The position numbers were made by a program, and so were the translations under genes. From Cetorhinus maximus (lineage: Eukaryota), in contig NC_135884.1 in the NCBI RefSeq assembly GCF_964194155.1, forward strand, positions 55,304,001-55,368,000: a stretch of DNA of 64,000 nucleotides, given 5' to 3'. Shown piece by piece: positions 63,560-64,000 of this stretch (its first letter is position 1; each line of letters opens with the position of its first letter). The notes under the pieces were generated by a model. It was not told the DNA's origin and did no database searches. It was given only the letters and a program-made list of their open reading frames with translations.

Positions 63560-64000
63560 CTATGGACACAAATAAGTTGGACTTTGAGGGACCGGAATCC
63601 CTTTCTATCCAAAACGATGCCAGGCTGGGGATGGGGGTCAAGCAAGGTGATGTGGGTACGGTTTATGGTACTTTGCGCCATGACAAAGCCTGCAGTACTC
63701 TTTTGTCCTACTTTGCTCTTACTACTAAAGAAAAAGCAATGTATGTGTTCTTCCTGGCTTATAGAGACTCACTTTCCTCCCTGATACCATGGTGAACAGC
63801 AAATTGGGAAATATCACTTATGCCACCTGCTTCAGCCTGGATCAACTCTGTGGCATAAAAATAAAGGGCCATGGTGACTCTGACAGCCAAAGACAGTGCT
63901 GTCTATGCCCTGATTTGAGGTCCGGGTTGTAGTTGCACCAGGTGACATAATTCTGAGATAGCCTCCCTGGTGAAGCGAAGGCATCTGACACATTGCTCCT
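63560..64000 (-). pseudogene. HARBI1-like transposase N-terminal remnant, running off the window
   Basis: Reverse strand: CVRCLRFTREAISELCHL...TALSLAVRVTMALYFYATELIQAEAG...ISQFAVH. Confidence 0.75.

Overview
Eukaryotic (vertebrate) genomic DNA; the repeat content suggests a cartilaginous fish/shark (inference). The only host gene I can support is a minus-strand L1-family neural adhesion gene, best matching CHL1. Four coding exons are visible: FNIII-4 second half 35844-36023, FNIII-5 first half 2589-2702, FNIII-5 second half 2047-2208, and the transmembrane exon 273-395/404. The rest is intron (33.1 kb between 2703 and 35843; apparently >27.9 kb above 36024) filled with decayed, often nested mobile elements: CR1 and RTE LINEs, Penelope-like elements with minimal hammerhead motifs, Deu-domain and tRNA-derived SINEs, two solo LTRs, a hAT MITE, and many PIF/Harbinger remnants plus their MITEs. 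No rRNA, genuine tRNA, CRISPR or prokaryotic system is evident, and most long ORFs in the track are TE debris or low-complexity artefacts. I found no clear-cut new system. The best leads are CHL1 splicing anomalies (a GG where the TM-exon acceptor is expected, an 11-nt frameshifting and a 30-nt in-frame micro-exon candidate, and a candidate alternative last exon with a hydrophobic tail), inverted hammerhead-bearing Penelope derivatives, and a hairpin-rich Harbinger MITE with a compensatory change. Exon, TIR and TSD coordinates were counted by hand; boundaries of decayed TEs are approximate. Family assignments come from recalled motifs, not database searches.
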